A DNA stretch of 64,000 nucleotides from Heterodontus francisci (Eukaryota): contig NC_090388.1 in the NCBI RefSeq assembly GCF_036365525.1, forward strand, positions 29,962,662 through 30,026,661, given 5' to 3'. The notes beneath the pieces were generated by a model, which made no database searches, had not been told where the DNA came from, and saw only the letters and a list, made by a program, of their open reading frames with translations. The translations under genes and the position numbers were made by a program. Each line of letters begins with the position of its first letter. Within the stretch, counting starts at the first letter, position 1. Shown here piece after piece: positions 43,930 through 56,699 of this stretch.

Positions 43930-44708
43930 TGTGAACATCCCTCAGCTTATCAAAATAGGCTGAAATCAGAAGCTATTGTATAGCTCCTCAGGAACCAAAA
44001 GCCTAAAGTCACATGGGAAAAACTAACACTTTATGAATTTACCTTTAAAGGTAATCTTTTTGGAGAACAAAGGGAGTCATCAAGTCATCAGAACATCAGG
44101 ATCATCAGTCTGGGATCTCCAGCCACAGAGAGAACATCGATAGCCATTTTTAATTCCAGCAAAAGGCTGAGGGAGAGAGTGAGAGAGATCAATTCCAGCT
44201 AAGACATTTGAACCCTGCTGAGACGAGTTGGCAACCAACTGCCACAGAGAAGTAAGAGAGTGCCTTTTAAACAACTCTTGCACCTGTGAAAATTGAACTA
44301 AGATACCAGCACCATCTTTAAACTGAAGTGTTATCTGCCAGGAGACTTCAGCAACCCAGCAAGGGCAAGCTGACCAGCAAACAGGCTTACAACTTTAAAG
44401 CTTACTTTCTAAGAGGATCCCACAGATTTTTCCTGAAAATTGCAGACTTTACATCACAAACTCTTAATGCCTCTTACCCATTACCTCTGTCTAGCTTTTC
44501 TTGAGTGTGCATGAGAGTGTGAATGCGTGCGTGAGTAGTGTTGCGAACATTTTGGGTGATTATTGTTCAATAAATATTTAATCTTCTGTTTTAATCTCAT
44601 GAGAAAACCTGTCACTGTCTGTTTATTTGACCAGCAAAACATTACCTGTTGTCAGTTAGGAGGTGATCAGTTTAAACCAGCCATGCCAATTCCCACCTGT
44701 CCATAACA
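43930..44708 (+). mobile_element. Degenerate solo-LTR-like repeat
   Basis: aataaa...gagaaaacctgtc motif and ...ccataaca end resemble the other LTR-like copies; left boundary uncertain, no TSD seen. Confidence 0.4.
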
Positions 44709-44714
44709 GGCCAA

Positions 44715-45560
44715 TTGGCCCATATGTCTGAGCAGGTTCTTTCCTGCAACAATTGAAAACTAATCACACTGCCTTGATGTCTCCCGATGGCCATGGATAT
44801 TCATCTGCTTTAAATATTTATCCACTTTACCCCTTAAAAGATGCAATAGTGTCTGCTTCAACTTCCCCCTGTGGCAAAGTACTCCTTGGTCCAACAATGC
44901 TGTGCATAAATAAAATTATTCTAAACTATCTCCTCACTCTCTTAGTAACAATTTTAAATTAATGATCCCTCATCAGTGACTTCCCAACAAGAGGAAATAA
45001 TCATTCTGTACTTGCCCTATGAAGCCTGCTAAAAATTAAAAACTGCTAATAGATCTCTTCTTAACCTTCTCTGCTTCAGTGCAAATTATCTCAAGTCTCT
45101 CTATATGACTATAGCTTTCCATCTCTGACATTATCCCAGTGAATCTATATTGTAAGTTCTCTATGATTTTAATGCATGTTCCAAAACTTGTACTGAAACT
45201 GGTATAATCATTATTTTCTACAAATTTATCATTTCCTCTTTACTATTGTATTCTGTGCCCCTTATTTTAAAACCCAAAATGTTTATGGCCCTTTATATGC
45301 CTTTTCCTACCCACACTCATACTTCAGGGAACTATATACTTAAACTACTAAGTCTCTCTGTTCATCCAAACCCTTCAAGGATTTTGCATTGAATGCATAT
45401 GCATTTCCTTTGTATTTCCTCCTAAAATGTATTACCTCACACTTCTCTGCATTAAACTGCATTGGTCTGCCCGTTCTGCTAATGTGTCTATGTCTTTTGA
45501 GGTATTTTTCTGTCCAACTTGCTGTTTGCCAAATCTCATACTTTTGTGTCATTGTTGATT
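44715..45560 (-). mobile_element. Old CR1 LINE fragment
   Basis: MQFNAEKCEVIHF...EQRDLVV. Confidence 0.7.
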
Positions 45561-45632
45561 TTGATATATTTCAAAAGCAAAAGTGGACACAAAACTGACC
45601 CTTGACCATTTCCAACTCAAACAACACTCATT

Positions 45633-46418
45633 GGGCTGGATTTTAAGGAGCCCTCAATGTTGTGATCAGTGATGGGAGGGGGAGGTGTCTGAAGATGGCC
45701 CCGGATGAGGCCCGCCACGGAGCTCAATGCCGACAGGGCCCAGCCCAATTCTCCCAGTGGCGGCGAGGCATCATGTCTGCCTTCCCGCTGCTGGGTGATG
45801 TGATGATAATTTGAATATTTAAATCAATTAAAATAATTAACTAAACTTACGTCGTCTCCTGATGTCCCGCTATGATCTTCAGCCTGGTGGCCGGAATTCC
45901 TGCACCTTCAGATCCCTATCCGGGAAAACTAGACGCAACACTTGTGGTGAGCAGGAGGTAAGTTTCTCAGTGCAGGGGAAGGTATGGGGTCAAATTAATA
46001 TCATGGTTGTAGGGGATGGTAGGAAGGGTTGTAGTTTAAGATTTGTGCAGTTTGTTGTGGGGGGGAAAGTCAGATGGTAAAGGTAAGTGGGGGGGGGGGA
46101 AGGGCAAATAATTAATTTAATTGTTATTGGGGTGGGAGAGGGGCAAAAGAGATGTATTTATTTAATTTCATTAAATATTTCTTTAAATATGCCGATAGGG
46201 CTAACAGCCTTTTAAAAATCGCATCAGCGCCTGCGCATAAGCAGCTGCCGCCATTGCCAGGGACGGACAGCCCGGCGCTTCTGCGTGATCAATGGGAGGG
46301 CGGCCCACCCCGACTATTTAAATGAGCTGCCGCACTTGGTATCGTGGTGGCTCTTTGGCATGCGACCCATTTTTTCGCCTGCCACCGAAATCAGCTGCGG
46401 GCTTATAAAATTCAGCCC
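45633..46418. mobile_element. PIF/Harbinger-like MITE
   Basis: TIRs gggctggattttaag / cttataaaattcagccc; flanks ATT and GTT; similar throughout to 59825-60633. Confidence 0.75.
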
Positions 46419-46804
46419 GTTAAATCTAACCCTTTATTACCTGTCTGTCAATCAACCTTCTATCCACTTTGCTACATTCTTCTCATGCTGTATGTCAGAA
46501 TTTTTGCAACAAGCTTCCTGTGAAATACCTTAATGAATGCTTTATACAGCCATGGTTGCATGCTAGTCAACTTAAGTCTTGCTAAATTATTTAGAAGCAG
46601 TTTGTTTTGCACAATTAAAATAAAAAGCAAATACAGCATATGCTGGAAATCTGAAATTAATGCAGAAAATTCTCGACATATACAGCAAGTCAGTTAAAGG
46701 AAAAATACAGATTATGATATTTTTGGTGTGTACCCTTCATCAGTTTGATTTTGTGGAGCAAATAAGTGATATCAGAGAGTCTCAGTACACTAGAGTAAAT
46801 TTTT

Positions 46805-47030
46805 TAGCAAGAGTTGCATTTATGGATGACCTCAGTACATCCCAAAGCACTTTGCAGCCTGGGAGGGCAGATGGGGCCACAGTTTAATCTCTCTTTCAAA
46901 AAATGGCACTTCCCACAGTGCAGCATTCTCTCAGTACTGTACAGAAATGTCAGCCTTGATTTTCTGCGAGTGGAACTTGAACCCACAACCTTCTAACTAA
47001 GGTGAGATTGCAATATGGCTGGCACCAAAA
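46805..47030 (-). mobile_element. DeuSINE-like fragment
   Basis: Reverse complement contains agaaggttgtgggttcaagttccactc...gctgacatttctgtacagtactgag. Confidence 0.55.
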
Positions 47031-47539
47031 TCTATGTTCCCATTGATTTCCATGTATCTCAAAATTGTGACACTAACATATTTAAATATTCTGACTTGGG
47101 ATCTATCCACTAATGAGGCACTAACTCTAAGGCCAATTCTTCTAAAACCTTTAGGCCCACAAAATTGAATCATGGAAAATAAACACATAAGAAATAATCA
47201 CCTGGATTTTGAGGATTTGCACATGTGCTATAGTTTGACAGTCCTACCTTAAGATACTGTTTTATTGAAGATAGCAAATCAGTTTCATGTCATCAGTGCA
47301 TATTCATGAAAATCAATTGAAGTGCATGACATGCCAATTTTGCAAAGTAAGCTATACCATCTGTTAAAAACTGTATCAGACAAACTAACCTGGTCCTACA
47401 CTAATGTCACTAGGATCATACACAATCCCATTTCTGAACCTTAGGTAAGCTTTAGGTAAAAGATATAGTGTCAGATCAATTTGTGCACAAATAATGTCAC
47501 CTTTACAAGTCTTTTAGAGAGTGAGCCTCGTCTTTGTCA

Positions 47540-47955
47540 TAGGAACATAGGACTTAGGAGCAGGAATAGGCCATTTGGCCCCTGCTCCACCATTCAGTAA
47601 GATCATGACTGATCTGGTCGTGGTCTCAACTCTATCTTCCTGTCTTACCCCATTGTCTACTCCCTTGTCTATCAAAAAATCTATCTAACTCAGCCTTGAA
47701 TAAATTCAATGACCCAGCCTCCACTGGTTTCTGGGGAAGAGAATGCCACAGACTAATGACCCTCTGAGAGAAAAAAAAATCTCCTCATCACTGTCTTAAA
47801 AGCGAGACCTCTTATTTTTAAACAGTGTTCCCTAGTTCTAGTCTCCCCACAAGAAGAAGCATCCTCCCAGTATCCACTCTATCAAGTCCCCTCAGGGTCT
47901 TATATGTTTCAGTAAGATTCGCTCTCATTCTTCTAAACTCCAATGGCTATAGGCA
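47540..47955 (-). mobile_element. CR1 LINE 3' end
   Basis: ggagcaggaataggccattt tail and TREHCLK-type motif on the reverse complement. Confidence 0.75.
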
Positions 47956-49054
47956 TTGTCATGAGAGATCATCAACAACTAATATTTAAAGCACCTTTAA
48001 GGGACTAAAACCTTCAAAGTATAGTGATAGTGGTAATAATGGAAGTTAGCCTCCATGCCTATTGATGACAAGGAGCATCATGTAAACAGTAATAGGACAA
48101 GGTCAATGATGGAAATCAAGAGAACATCTGAAGGGTTCATCAGGGATGGGAGGAAAAATATTGAAAGATGGGGCTAACTGTAGTAAGAAAGATAGGACTG
48201 AAACCTAGCAAGGGCAATGCCATGCAAGTGGACCACAAGATGAGCAAAGTGGAGGAGAATGAAAAAGTTGACCATATCAAATACAACGGTCATGGTCACA
48301 AAGAATATAGTTCATGAATTAGACCAAGGTAGTTTTGGAGCTGTGGGTAAGGTGAAACAAGAGTAAAAATATTCAAACAGGAAAATAGGAACAGGAGTAG
48401 GCCATTCAGCCCATCGAGCCAACTCCACCATTCAATTAGATCATGGCTGATCATCTACCTCAACGCCACTTTCCCGTGCTATCGGCATTTCCCTTGATGT
48501 CATTAGTATCCAGCTATCTATTGATTTCAGTCTTGAACATGCTCAATGATTGAGCTTCTCTGGGATAGAGAATTCCAAAGATTCACCACCCTCTGAGTGA
48601 AGAAATTCCTCCTCATCTCAGTCTTAAATTGCTTACCCTTTATTTTGAGACTATGTTCCCTGGTTCTCACCAGCTAGGGGAAACATCCTAGCTACCTTGT
48701 CACATCCTGTAAGAATTATTTAAGTTTCAATGAGATCACCTCTCATCCTTTGAAACTCCAGAGAATACAGGTACAGTTTCCTCAATCTCTCCTCATAAGA
48801 CAATCCCGCCATCCCAGGGACTAGTCTGGTGATCCTCTGTTGCACTCCCTCTATGGCAAGTATATACTTCCTTAGATGAGGTAACCAAAACTGTACACAA
48901 TATTCCAGGTGCGATGAAGGCTCACCAAGGCTCTATACGATTGCAGCACAACTTCTTTCCTCCTGTACTCAAATCCCTGTGCAATGAAGACCAACATATC
49001 ATTTGTCTTCCTAATTGCTTGCTGCACCTGCATAGTAGCTTTTTTTAAAGTTTT

Positions 49055-49469
49055 TTTTAGTTTAGTTTAGAGATACAGCACTGAAACAGGCCCTTCGGCC
49101 CACCAAGTCTGTGCCGACCATCAACCACCCATTTATACTAATCCTACACTAATTCCATATTCCTACCACATCCCCACCTGTCCCTATATTTCCCTACCAC
49201 CCACCTATACTAGGGGCAATTGCTAATGGCCAATTTACCTATCAACCAGCAAGTCTTTGGCATGTGGGAGGAAACCGGAGCACCCGGAGGAAACCCACGC
49301 AGACACAGGGAGAACTTGCAAACTCCACACAGGCAGTACCCAGAATTGAATCCGGGTCACTGGAGCTGTGAGGCTGCGGTGCTCGCCACTGTGCCACCCT
49401 ACTGCACCACTGTGCCACCCTACTGCGCCACTGTGCCACCCTACTGCGCCACTGTGCCACCCTACTGCA
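49055..49469 (-). mobile_element. V-SINE (HE1-like) with tandemly amplified 5' end, nested in CR1
   Basis: Same family; (TAAAC)n-type tail; 4x21-bp repeat at the head. Confidence 0.9.
49386..49469 (+). repeat. Tandem repeat 4 x 21 bp CCACTGTGCCACCCTACTGC(A/G)
   Basis: Units read directly at 49386, 49407, 49428 and 49449. Confidence 0.95.
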
Positions 49470-50404
49470 CCAGTGACTCATGAACGAGGACACCCAGGTC
49501 TCTTCCCAGCCTCTCACCATTTAAGAAATCGTCCGAATTTCTGTTTTTCTATCAAAGTGGATAACTTCACACTTATTCACATTACATTCCATCTGCCATG
49601 TTCTTGCCCATTCACTTAGCCTGTCCAAATCCCCTTGAAGCCGCTTTGCATCCTCCTCTCAACTTACATTCCCACCTTGTTTTGGGTCATCAGCAAATTT
49701 GGAAATATGACATTTGATCTCCACATCCAAATCATTCATATAAATTGTGAACAGCTGTGGCCCCAGCAATGATCCTTGTAGTACCCCACTAGTAACAATA
49801 GCCTGCTATTCTAAGAATGACCCATTTATTCCTACTCTCTGTTTTCTGTCTGTTAATCAATTCTCAATCCAGACCAGTATATTACGCCCTATTCCATGTG
49901 CTCTAATTGTGTTCACTAATCTCCTGCGTGGGACCTTATCAAAAGCCTTGTGAGAATGAATAAGGGGATAGATGAGTGCAGAGCTGAATGGTATCAATAT
50001 GTTCAAGACCTTAGATTGGAAAGAGAGATTAGAGATGTGGCAATAATTAGAGAGGGCAAATTAAACAAAAATTAGCTTTTTTGAGTAAGGAGATATGATA
50101 GACTGACTTGAGGGGTGAGAAAACAATATCTGAAGAGAGGAAGCAATTCATGATCTCAACAGACAATGGGTTAAGGAATGATAATTGCGTAGTCAGTAGT
50201 TGTGAGTTTTCAATTAAATCACTAGGTGGCAACAGAGACCAAGTACCCAATCTGTAATAATAAACACTGAGGCAATAGTCTGGTGGTTTTACTTTTTTTA
50301 AAAAATAAACAGTGCTACAGTCTTTCATTTGTATACTAATACCAGGAATTGGTCCTTGATTGGTGCTTGATCCCTGACCAGTCACTGGCTGGGTATTCAT
50401 TTAA

Positions 50405-50825
50405 TGGTTGCAGTCTTGCCTGTTGAATCAGAAGGTTGTGGGTTCAAGTGTCACACCAGAGACTTGAGCACATAATCTTGGCTGACACTTCATTGTGGCA
50501 CTAAGGAAGAGATGCCATTTTTCAGATGAGATGTTAAACCAAGACCCCATTTGTCTTCTCAGGTGAATGTAAAAGATCCTAAGTCATTATTTGAACCTGA
50601 GCAGGGGAGTTCTCCTGGAGTCCGGGCCAATATTTATCTTTCAAATAAAGTTGAGAATGTAACAGATGTATCTCATTGCTGTTTGTGGGACCTTGCTGTG
50701 CACAAATTCACTGCCATGTGTCCCTATATTATACCAGTGACTATACTTCAAAAGTACTGCATTGCCCATAAAGTGCTTTGGAACTGAGATCTTGAAAGGT
50801 GCTGTAAAAATGTGTTCTTTCTTCC
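50405..50825 (+). mobile_element. DeuSINE (SacSINE1-like)
   Basis: tRNA-like head gtgggttcaagt, Deu domain gatgagatgttaaacc...gagcaggggagttctcctggagtcc...ctcattgctgtttgtgggaccttgctgtgc, L2-like tail. Confidence 0.7.
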
Positions 50826-50889
50826 AATGAAATTACCTGCCATGAAGCATCTTTTCAGTATTATGAACTGTTTTCCCATATTTGTTATT

Positions 50890-51456
50890 GGTTTTCAACA
50901 ATAACTTGTATTTATATTGCACTTTTAATGTAATAAAGTGTACACAAGGCATTTCAGAGGAGGATTATAATGCAAAATTTGACACCAAGCCACATAAGAC
51001 AATATTAGGGCAGATGGCCAAAAGCTTGCTCAAAGAGTTAGGTTTTGAGAAGTGTTTTAAAGGAGGAAAGAGAGATAGAGAGGTGGAGAGGTTTACGGAG
51101 GGAATTCCAGAGCTTAGGGCCTTGGCAGCAGAAGGCATGGCCACCAATGGCGGAGTGATTAAAATTGAGCATACTGAAGAGGACAGAATTGGATGAACTC
51201 AGATATCTCGGTGGGCTGTGCTGTGGGGCTGGAGGAAATTATAGAGATGAGGAATGAGGCCATGCAGGGATTTGATAACAAGGATGAGAATTTTAAAATC
51301 AAGTCATTGCTTAACCAGAAGCCAGTGTAGATCAGCGAGCACAGGTGTGATGGGTTAACAGGACTTGGCGTGAGTAAGGACAAGACAGTAAAGTTTCAGA
51401 TGACATCACGCTTATGCAAGGTAGAATGTGGGAATCATCCAAGAGTATTGGAATAG
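50890..51456 (-). mobile_element. L2-type LINE fragment, continuing at about 53729-53890 after a CR1 insertion
   Basis: gagtattggaatag|...|atagtcaagtctagaggtaa is continuous with the layout of the 24970-25655 copy. Confidence 0.65.
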
Positions 51457-53728
51457 TTCTACATCAGTATGTTTCTTTCTACATCAGTATGTTTCTAGTC
51501 CAATGTGGAAGGAGGTATTGCTGGATCTGGTTCTGGGGAATGAGGTGGGTCAAGTGAAACAAGTGTCAGTAGCTGAACATTTAGGGGACAGTGACCGTAG
51601 TATCATAAGGTTTAGGTTAGCTATGGAAAAGGACAGGGAGCAATCCAGAGTAAAGATAATTAATTGGGGGAGGGCCAATTTCAATGGAGTGAGAGTGGAT
51701 CTGGCCCAAGTAAATTAAAATCCAAGATTGGAAGGCAAAACTGTAACTAAACAATGGGCTGCTTTTAAAGAGGGGATAGTTCGGGTACAGTAAAGGTACA
51801 TTCCCATGAGGGAGATAGGTGGGGCAAACAGATCCAGAGCTCCCTGAATGTTGAAAGAGATAGAGAATAGGATGAAGCAGAAAAAGGGTGCATTTGACAG
51901 ATGTGAGGTGGATAATACAATTAAGAAACAGGCTGAATATACAAGGTTGAGAGGAAGTGAAAAAAACAAGTAAGAGAAGCAAAGAGAGAATATGAGAAGA
52001 GACTCGTGACTAACATAAAAAGGAATCTAAACATTTTCTATCGGCACATAAATAGTAAAAGGGTGGTAAAAGGAGAAGTGGGGCCGATTAGGGACCTAAA
52101 AGGGGATTTATGCATGGAGGCAGAAGGCATGGCTGAGGTATGAAATGAATACTTTGCATTTGTCTTTACCAAATAAGAAGATGCTGCCCAAGTTATGTTG
52201 AAAGAGGAAGTAGTTGAGACACTGGATGGGCTAAAAATTGAAAAATGGCCATAATCTTCTGATCCTCCTTAGATACAGGTGTGGTGCCAGAGGCCTGGAG
52301 AATTGCAAATGTTACATCCTTGTTCAAAAAAGGCCATAAGGGCAAGCCCAGCAACTACAAGTCAGTTTAACCTCGGTGGTGGGAAAGCTTTTAGAAATGA
52401 TGATTAGGGACAAATTTAATAGTCACTTGGACAAATGTAAATTAGTTAAGGGAAGCCAGCATGGATTTGTTAAGCAAAAATTGTATTTAACTAACTTGCT
52501 TGAGTTTTTTGATGAGGTAACTAAGAGTGTTGATGAGAGTAATGTAGTTGACATGGTGGACATGGACTTCCAAAAGGCAGTTGATACAGTGCCACTAACA
52601 GGCTTGTCAGCAAAGTTGAAGCCCATGGGATTAAAGGGACAGTAGCAGCATGGATACAAAATTGGCTGCGTGACCAGAAATACAGAGTAGTTATGAACTG
52701 TTATATTTTGGGCTGGAGGAAGGTTTATAGTGGGAGTCCCCAGTAGTCGGTGTTAGGACACTGCTTTTCTTGATATATATATATTAATGACCTAGACTTG
52801 GGTGTATAGGGCACAAATTCAAAACTTGCGGATGACACAAAACTTGGAAGTATTGTGAACTGTGAGGAGCATAGTGATAAACTTCAAGAGGACATAGACA
52901 GGCTGGTGGAATGGGCTGACAAGTGGCAGATGAAATTCAATGCCAAAAACTGTGAAGTGATTCATTTTGGTAGGAAGAACAAGGAGAGGCAATATAAATT
53001 AAAGGGTACAATTCTAAAGGGGTGGGGAGTGGGGGTGCAGGAGCAGAGGGACCTGGGAATATGTGAACAATCATTGAAGGTTGCACAGCAGGTTGAGAAA
53101 GTGGTTAATGAAGCATATGGGACCCTGGGCTTTATAAATAGGGGCATAGAGTACAAAAACATGGAAGTTATTATAAACCTGTATAAAACACTGGTTCGGT
53201 CCATTTGTGGACATCACACTTTAGGAAGAATGTTAAGACATTGCAGGGAGTGCAGAAAAGATTCACAGGAATGAGGGACTTCAGATACGCGGGTACATTG
53301 GAGAAGCTGAGGCTGTTTTCCTTAGAGAAGAGAAAATTAAGAGGAGATTTAATAGAGATGTTCAAAATCATGAGGGGTCTGGATAGAGTAGATAGGGAGA
53401 AATTGTTTTCATTGGTGGAAGGATCCAGAACCAGAGGACACTGATTTAAGGTGATTGGCAAAAGAAGCAACAGCGATATGAGGAAAAACATTTTTACACA
53501 GTGAGTGGTTAGGATCTGGAATGCACTGCCTGAGAGTGTGGTGGAGGCAGATTCAAACGAGACCTGGATAAGAATCTGAATAAGAGAACTGGATAAGAAT
53601 CTGAAGAGAAAAACTTTGCAGATATCGGGAAAAGGCAGAGAAGTCGGACTAGGTGATATGCTCTTGCAGATAGCTGGCACAGAAACTTTGGGCTGAATGG
53701 CCTCCTTCTGTGCTGCAACCGTTCTATG
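51457..53728 (+). mobile_element. CR1 LINE, 2.3-kb 5'-truncated copy (endonuclease end, RT, 3' UTR)
   Basis: LLDLVLGNE..EHLGDSD, QHGFVK..TNLLEFFDEVT, DFQKA, ADDTKL, WQMKFNAKNCEVIHFG; many stops. Confidence 0.9.
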
Positions 53729-55104
53729 ATAGTCAAGTCTAGAGGTAAGAAAGGCATGAATGAGGGTTTTAACAGCAGAGGAGCTGAGGTAGGGGCAAAG
53801 TTGGGTGATGTTATGGAGGTGGAAATAGGCGTTCTAAGCGATGGTGCGGATGTGTGGTCAAAAGCTCATCTCAGCATCAAACATGATACCAAGAATAAGT
53901 GGATTTGCTGATCCTTAACATGCAAATAGATAGCTTTTTATGTGTTAGGAAAGAAGCTAACCACTCAGACTTTCTCCTGACAATTATATGTGAGAATTTC
54001 AGCCAGGAAGGAACTATCTCCAATCTTAAAACGTCATGTCGACCGATTTCCTGAATAATATCTGAACAAACTTCTAATGTGCAAAAGCAAGGAAGAGATA
54101 ACATCTTATTGCGTACTTAAGTGCAACACACCCAAACAACAGACCATTTCCCATAAATCATAGGCGGAAAGCTAGTGCAAGGAACTCACAATAGTCGCTC
54201 AGCATCAATAAACAGACTGAGTGCTGATTTCATGCACCAGCACAACATCACGTACGATATATTGAGTGGTTTCATTAATATTCTGAAAGCCACTTACTTG
54301 GACCAAAGTCAGCTTCTCCCGCTTACAAATTAACACATCGTTTATTTGCCAATTTTAAGTGTAACTAGATAAGATTGGAATCAAACAGCTTGTCTCTTGA
54401 AGAGCCTTTGTTTGTAATTGTAATCTTAACTGGGCTGTTCAGAAAACTTCTTTTAAATTATGGATTTCATTTTTAAAAATAACCATACAAATGTCAGCGC
54501 GAGATAGTAATGTCGATGCCTTCTGATTTATCTAATATGAATATATAGATATGTATCTACCATTTGAATGGTTTTAATTATGTATTGATCATATATTAAT
54601 GAATAAAATTACGTTTAATTTTTAGGATTGTTATTCAAATTTACACTTAGAACAAGCTTTCTGAAAAATCGCTCTTGATCGAACACAAAGTATTTTGCTC
54701 TTGAATTTATTTAATTACCGCCATGTATTTTTTTATATTATATTCTGGTCTTGGTAAGTTTTATCTGCAGTTGACTGCAAACCATAACACGAAATTTACC
54801 TGGAGCAAATTGTAACAGACAGAATGTGCCATGGGTGTCGTGGGGAAGCTGGACGTCCATGATTTCAACAAAGATACCATCAACACAATGTACTTTAAGA
54901 TATGTTTAAAAAGGCCATATTAAACAAAGTATTCTTGCTGAAATCACAAAAAATATAATGTGAGCCAGGAACAAAAGGCTAAATCGAGGGCGCGCTGAGA
55001 CTACCTCCCCAGACTGTGCAATGGTGAGGACCCGGAACTAGCTCCCGATCTACCTGGTCAGGAGTTGGGAAGTTTGTAGCAGATCAGCAGCGAGTGGCGT
55101 AGGA

Positions 55105-55663
55105 ATGGCTGCTTCTATTCGTATCTCGCAAAATGAACTCTCTGAAGTCGATATCTCTAATGGAAATTGTTCAGAAGAAGAGAATGGCACCTTCGTGAAC
55201 TCTGTCTGCAGTAGCTCGGACGGGCGGTCCGGCTTGCAGCAGTGGATGCACATTGTCGATTCCCAGAGAATAACCCAAGGCCCCTTTCTGTCGAAGGACA
55301 GCGGAAACATTCCACCATCGCCTGTGTCATCCTCAACTTTAATGCCAACGCAGCACTGGTCGAAAGTGGCGATCGGCACGGAAAAAGCGACGGGATCCCA
55401 CATTGACAATCGGGGCAGAGAACGCCAGTCTGGAATGGAAAGTATCGCTTGTAGGCGAACTTCTTCCATAGTGGACTGTCTGTTGACCGAACTCTATGAC
55501 TCTTGCACGTACAGCAGTCGAGGCATTGACAGTGTGGATAGTTCAACGGAGACCTCCAGTTCCGATGCTTTTCTGGGAAGGAGTAATTCTGGATCTATGT
55601 TCCTGCAGGAATTTCAGGAACAATACACTATAAAACATCAGATGCAGTACCTGGCACAAAAAG
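55105..55663 (+). CDS. tbc1d30: TBC1 domain family member 30, first coding exon (long N-terminal isoform)
   Basis: ggaATGg start; ...RRTSSIVDCLLTELYDSC...DSVDSSTETSSSD...LQEFQEQYTIKHQMQYLAQK G/gtattt resembles TBC1D30 N-terminal motifs (LLxELY, DSxDSSTE, HQMxYLxQK); adjacent to gns as in mammals. Confidence 0.88.
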
Positions 55664-56699
55664 GTATTTTTTTAACGAAATTCTTTTTGATCTCTGTAGA
55701 CATCGTTCCCCGAACAAAACGTGTCCTTAGTTCCGACTGCATTATGCTACCAGTTTGAGTTCGGCAAAGTGCCAATGCAAAGTGGCAATATCAATCTGAA
55801 GACGACTGAAACAAATAGCTTTCAGTGGCTTTGAATTTCCAAAGAGTGGAGTGTAGATCCAGCTCATGTTAGGGACCCATTTTCACTGTTAATTCATTAA
55901 TCCAAAAATAGTACCTGGGGACAAGTTGTTCTAAGTTAAGCAAGTAAGCTGCAAAATATTGTCAGGAAAATTATAGGCGTCAAAGAAAAATGTACATGAC
56001 AATTGATAGCCAACCTAGCCTTCCAAACCAGTGTGACTGAAATAAAGTGGTCCGGAAGAGGCCATGGGTGCTTTGAGGCGTATGTTAGATTTTGGCCGAC
56101 TAATATGTTAATGATGTAGACCAGCTCCTGGATCACCGGAGCTCATTGCAGTGGAAAAAATGCAAGTGCAAGCGTTTATATTTAACTTTGTTGCCATAGA
56201 TAGTAAAGGGGGAAGACTAAACATAAAGGTCATCTTGTCTAGTTTGATGTGTTCTTAAACAGCGGTGTGCATATATGCGAATGATCGAATCCTTCTATGC
56301 CATTAATGTCAGGAACTGAACCAAATTGATACAGCACTTGACTAAGCAGCAGTGAGCTCACGGGTAATTTGTGGACCTTGAGGGTAAACTTAATGTCTAT
56401 TCAGACATATGGGACTTCGGTGGACACGATTGAGAGATAACGTATGACACAGCCGTAAAATGTTACTCTAATGGGTCCACATTAAAACTCAAGATATTGC
56501 GCCTTACATCTGATTGTCAAATCTCTGTGTTAAATGACACCACGCGAGTTGAAAAGACAATGGAAATGGGAGCATGACAGATTGAGATTCTGGTCTTGAT
56601 AGTGAGATAGTCAATTGAGATCAGAACATTTGTCACTAACATTTGAAAGTGTGCTACAGGATTTAGTCCCATCTCGTAAACGTTATGTATCTGTAATAA

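Larger units (their letters stand above)
48385..49952 (-). mobile_element. CR1 LINE fragment (interrupted by V-SINE)
   Basis: AFDKVPRRRL and QGSLLGPQLFTI on minus strand; CR1 3' UTR. Confidence 0.85.

Noticed and set aside
49386-49469. Regularly spaced repeats resembling a CRISPR array, and the TVPPYC-repeat ORF
   Set aside because: Head-to-tail tandem units with no spacers, in a vertebrate SINE head; the ORF is a by-product
55050-55546. Antisense ORFs (139 aa and 129 aa) overlapping tbc1d30 exon 1
   Set aside because: Shadow frames of a GC-rich coding exon with no recognisable homology
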